The notes beneath the pieces are model-generated. The model searched no databases, was not told where the DNA came from, and was given only the letters and a program-made list of their open reading frames with translations. The position numbers and the translations under genes were made by a program. From Methanobacteriota archaeon (lineage in GTDB: Archaea > Methanobacteriota > Methanobacteria > Methanobacteriales > Methanobacteriaceae): DNA of 64,000 nucleotides. The stretch is taken from the NCBI GenBank assembly GCA_963787255.1, contig CAWBCJ010000025.1, forward strand, positions 192,001-256,000, given 5' to 3'. Of this stretch, positions 63,510 to 64,000 are shown piece by piece (position 1 is the stretch's first letter; each line of letters starts with the position of its first letter).

Positions 63510-64000
63510 ATGGATGAAAAAGGTTATACATTTACTCCATTGGTATTTTTACTTTTCATACCCGTAATGATCATTGCTGTTTCCTACGGGGAAATTGTTG
63601 AAGAGATAAATATGATTTCTACAATTGCACTGGGTGGAGACGTATCATATGACGCTGCTGTAAATATTTATTCTTCAATTGAAAAGGGAGCTGCTGATGC
63701 AGGTAGAAATGGGGCTTATAATGCAACAAGAAAAGTTATAGATGATGAAAAATTTATGAATAATAGCCAGGACTATGTAAAAACGCATATATTAGTCAAC
63801 CTCAATGCACACGTTATTGAAACATGTAAAAATATAGAAAATCAAACTGGAAGGGAAATATACATAAATAATATTCCAATTACTAATTATACCCGAACAA
63901 CTTTCACTGCTAATGACGTAAATATCACTCAGGAGGATCCTTTTGGATTTTATATAAATATCAAAGCAGGAATACCAATAAAGATTATTCAAAGAGATCA
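63510..64000 (+). CDS. pilin-like protein (3'-truncated by window edge; not in ORF track)
   Basis: MDEKG|YTFTPLVFLLFIPVMIIAVSY...DAGRNGAYNATRKVID; frame open to the window end. Confidence 0.82.
   Translation, partial: MDEKGYTFTPLVFLLFIPVMIIAVSYGEIVEEINMISTIALGGDVSYDAAVNIYSSIEKGAADAGRNGAYNATRKVIDDEKFMNNSQDYVKTHILVNLNAHVIETCKNIENQTGREIYINNIPITNYTRTTFTANDVNITQEDPFGFYINIKAGIPIKIIQRD

Noticed and set aside
63792-63992. Minus-strand 66-aa ORF
   Set aside because: It is antisense to the plus-strand pilin-like gene that starts at 63510 and runs off the window.

Overview
AT-rich archaeal chromosome segment from a hydrogenotrophic methanogen, most consistent with Methanobacteriaceae (Methanobacterium-like). 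The assignment rests on the full ehaA-T hydrogenase operon, a FmdE-family gene, BRE/TATA promoters and a CCA-less tRNA. In order the window holds: the end of an rml (dTDP-rhamnose) operon; an accessory block with HdeD/DUF308, HAD hydrolase, K+ channel, bacterial-type glutamate decarboxylase and TrkH (probable acid/K+ homeostasis island); tRNA-Leu(GAG) with nearby miniproteins missed by the ORF track; a ~20 kb surface-glycan locus (galU, GT2/GT4s, flippase, gmd, epimerase, DUF1616, two DUF2206 GT-C-like proteins); the eha operon followed by a further polyferredoxin and a CBS protein; an RHH protein with degenerate two-component genes; asnB-gatC-ACT-hom-apgM; pyrG; and an EppA-type prepilin peptidase with at least five class III signal-peptide (type IV pilin-like) genes running off the right end. 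Several genes, including the Eha large subunit, carry single-base frameshifts that are most likely assembly indels. No CRISPR array, rRNA, transposase or integrase was seen. All family assignments are from motif recognition by eye, not database searches.
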